A stretch of DNA of 36,665 nt from a virus (taxonomy: Duplodnaviria; Caudoviricetes), in the IMG/VR virus record IMGVR_UViG_3300046779_000565, positions 1 to 36,665 of that record; one strand, written 5' to 3'. The position numbers were made by a program, and so were the translations under genes. This document shows positions 34,446 to 36,665 of this stretch, piece by piece. The notes beneath the pieces are model-generated. The model worked only from the letters and a program-made list of their open reading frames with translations, did not search any database and had not been told where the DNA came from. Positions within the stretch are counted from its first letter, which is position 1, and each line of letters opens with the position of its first letter.

Positions 34446-35186
34446 TTATAGTCCCATTCCACTGAATAAGCCTTTACCACCACCAATACCTAAAGTTGTA
34501 CCACTAGTTTGAGTACCTTGTGTACCTCTAAAGTCAGTTTGATAACTTGCAGAAGGTGTACCAAAGATAACACTTGCGTATTGATTGTAAAGTTGTTGTG
34601 GCGTCATGCTTGCTGTAACTGCATTACCAGCAGCGCCTAATGCTTGACCAATTCCACCTTGACCTAAACTTGCTAATGTTGATCCAACATTCGCTCTTTG
34701 TGCTGCAATATTACTTGCAACTTGTGCAGCAGTTTGTGCTTGTGTTGACATTGTTTGACCAGCTAATTGTCTGCCAGCCAATGCTTCTCTAGCACTACCT
34801 AAATTGCCAGTGCCACCAAACTGTGCTTGTTGATTAGCTAAGTTTTGTTGATACTGTGCTTGTGCTGGTTGTAATGCAGCAGCAACTTGATTTGCTTCAT
34901 ATTCTGGACTGAATAAACTTTCTAGACCTGAGATACCTTGACGCAATGCACTTTCACCAGTCTCACCTAAACTAGCTTGTGCTTTTCTAGCAACGCCAGC
35001 TTGATTTTGTGCAGCATTAAGCACGCCTTGTGCGTTACGGTCATATACTTCTTTTGCACCTTGAACAGCGCCTGTATAGCTTGGTATAATTGTACCAGTT
35101 AACATACCAGTTTGCGCTGCAATCTGATCTCTTTGTTCTTGTGTTAATACTGGATTTGATGTTGAACTTGTTTTTCCGAAACTCAT
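34446..35186 (-). CDS. Putative DNA ejection (pilot-like) protein (246 aa)
   Basis: Q/A/G-rich, FGG.G..GS.R motif, Gly-rich C-terminus; SD AAGGA. Confidence 0.7.
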   Translation of the reverse strand: MSFGKTSSTSNPVLTQEQRDQIAAQTGMLTGTIIPSYTGAVQGAKEVYDRNAQGVLNAAQNQAGVARKAQASLGETGESALRQGISGLESLFSPEYEANQVAAALQPAQAQYQQNLANQQAQFGGTGNLGSAREALAGRQLAGQTMSTQAQTAAQVASNIAAQRANVGSTLASLGQGGIGQALGAAGNAVTASMTPQQLYNQYASVIFGTPSASYQTDFRGTQGTQTSGTTLGIGGGKGLFSGMGL

Positions 35187-35204
35187 TTTTTGTTCCTTAT
35201 TCTA

Positions 35205-35212
35205 TATTTATT
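35205..35212 (-). promoter_or_regulatory. Late-like motif AATAAATA
   Basis: Minus AATAAATA-TAGAAT-AAGGA-ACAAAAA-ATG(35186). Confidence 0.6.
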
Positions 35213-36665
35213 ATGGTCTAACAGGGGCTGTTGTAGACCCTACTAATGGATAGTACATGCCCATTGCTTGTAATATCTGTTGCGGTGTTGCACTTGTTTG
35301 TCTTGTTTGTGAACCCCAGGGTTGACTTGGAGCTGCAGGAACAGTATTGTATAATTGTGCATTGAATTCAGGACCAGGCTGATATGGATGACTGCCCCAG
35401 AAGTATTGTGCTTGATTTGGACTTGTTGTTTGATAGTATGGAGTAGGTGCTATCCAACCTGGATTCAAGCCTGTTGGGATATTGACTTTGATTGGGTCGC
35501 CAACTTTATAAGTTCCATAATGATAGTTGCCTGTAGGATTATTAGGATCAGTAGGCACTACAATTGGTACGATAGGTGTTGTTGGTGTAGTTGTATCTGT
35601 TGGCATATTAGTATTATCCGTTGGTGTTTCAGCTTGTACTTCTGGAATCTTTGGTTGTTCTGGAATAACTTCAGTACCAGGTTGACTTAATGGTGGTTGC
35701 TGTGGTGTTGTAGTTGGTGGTGGTGTTACAGTACTAGGGCCTGTGCCTATTGTGCCAGTACCAGTTCCAGTTCCACCTGTTGATGTTCCGGGAATACCGC
35801 CTCCAGTACCGCCTCCAGTACTTACGCCACCACCGGTTGTAGGTACTGTTGTTGTAGGTACTGTTGTAGTTATTGGTGGTACAATTGGAGTCTTAGTTTG
35901 TTGACCATTAGTTGTAGCTTGACCAGCAGTTTCACCAACGCCACCATTTGACAAATCAGTATATCTTACTGAACCATCAGTATAATGGTCAATCTTATAA
36001 TTTGTTCCATTTGCTGTAATGTTATTTGAATATGTTAGTGTGCCACCAGGTGCAGCAACATTAGTTATTGTACCTGTGCCTGTTGGTTGAGTTGCAGGAG
36101 CAGTAGCTACTGGAGCGACTGGGGCCGGAGTAACTGTTGGGGGAACAACAATAGGAGTTATTGGTTGTTGTGGTTGTGCAGGTTGTTGGAATGGTGATAC
36201 TGCTTCTGCTATAGGCTTAACCCAAGCATTACTGTTTGGATCGTAGTATGCTCCAGCTATTCTTGCATTTGCTTCTGCTGTTGTAGCTAATTCTGTACCT
36301 GCGGGTAATGGACCTTTTAGACTGCTAGGTGCATCTAAGTACGCTGGTACACCAGAAAGTTGCATAGCAACATTACCGCCACCTGGCTCACCCACAATAG
36401 TTGTAGCTTCTGCTGGCGACATACCACTAGCAATCAGTTTATTATAAGTTGCTTCTTGTTCTGCGGTATAAGCTGAAGCAACTTGATTTGCCGGTCCGGG
36501 CTTAATCGCAGCTTGTGTAATCTTACCAGTTGCATCAGTAATGTTACCTGCTTGATCCATATAGTTACCGCCACCAATATCAACCAAATTACTAGCAGGC
36601 TTCATGTTGACAATGTTTTGAATTTGTGTGCCCCAACGACTATCTTTATTCAACAATCCATTAAT
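35211..36665 (-). CDS. 3' part of the 1107-aa junction-spanning virion protein (P/T/G-rich linker region)
   Basis: In frame with ATG 1996 through the terminal overlap; the track start at 36656 is an artefact. Confidence 0.9.
   Translation of the reverse strand: MNGLLNKDSRWGTQIQNIVNMKPASNLVDIGGGNYMDQAGNITDATGKITQAAIKPGPANQVASAYTAEQEATYNKLIASGMSPAEATTIVGEPGGGNVAMQLSGVPAYLDAPSSLKGPLPAGTELATTAEANARIAGAYYDPNSNAWVKPIAEAVSPFQQPAQPQQPITPIVVPPTVTPAPVAPVATAPATQPTGTGTITNVAAPGGTLTYSNNITANGTNYKIDHYTDGSVRYTDLSNGGVGETAGQATTNGQQTKTPIVPPITTTVPTTTVPTTGGGVSTGGGTGGGIPGTSTGGTGTGTGTIGTGPSTVTPPPTTTPQQPPLSQPGTEVIPEQPKIPEVQAETPTDNTNMPTDTTTPTTPIVPIVVPTDPNNPTGNYHYGTYKVGDPIKVNIPTGLNPGWIAPTPYYQTTSPNQAQYFWGSHPYQPGPEFNAQLYNTVPAAPSQPWGSQTRQTSATPQQILQAMGMYYPLVGSTTAPVRP
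36539..36665. repeat. Terminal direct repeat copy 2
   Basis: Identical to 1-127. Confidence 0.95.

Noticed and set aside
90-35690. Plus-strand ORFs in the track other than 10376..10723 and 30793..31284, and nested minus ORFs (20435, 20729, 26334, 29781)
   Set aside because: They are antisense or out-of-frame shadows of long, well-supported genes, with no recognisable motifs.
35797-35865. Short tandem repeats (12 bp x2, 15 bp x2)
   Set aside because: Ordinary low-complexity G/T/P linker coding.
1-36665. Stop-codon reassignment or prophage/integration module
   Set aside because: The standard code gives dense, intact genes; no integrase, att-like site or host flanks were seen.

Overview
The window is very probably a complete, circularly permuted ~36.5-kb genome of a short-tailed (P22/SU10-like podovirus-type) phage. 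Bases 1-127 are identical to 36539-36665, giving a 36,538-bp circle, and one 1107-aa gene spans the junction. Nearly all genes are on the minus strand. The structural genes are small basic proteins, terminase, portal, scaffold, major capsid, adaptor, two fibre+adhesin pairs, a holin-like gene, tail nozzle, ejection-type proteins and a Dps-like protein. A small replication module has an SF3 helicase, an AEP-type primase, an iteron origin and a GT4 glycosyltransferase. I see no integrase, RNA polymerase, sigma factor, replicative DNA polymerase or endolysin. The most striking signal is regulatory. About 15 gene boundaries carry a correctly oriented NNTAAATA motif, twice the exact T4 late-promoter consensus TATAAATA. 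Four of these sit 4-5 nt before an ATG, and two lie inside RBS-occluding hairpins like those of T4 late genes. One drives a ~140-nt double-hairpin RNA whose loops are antisense to Shine-Dalgarno + AUG regions not found in this genome. My working hypothesis (inference) is a virophage-like phage that builds its own virion, borrows late transcription (and perhaps lysis) from a co-infecting T4-like large phage, and may silence helper genes with antisense RNAs. All family assignments come from motif recognition by eye; no searches were run.
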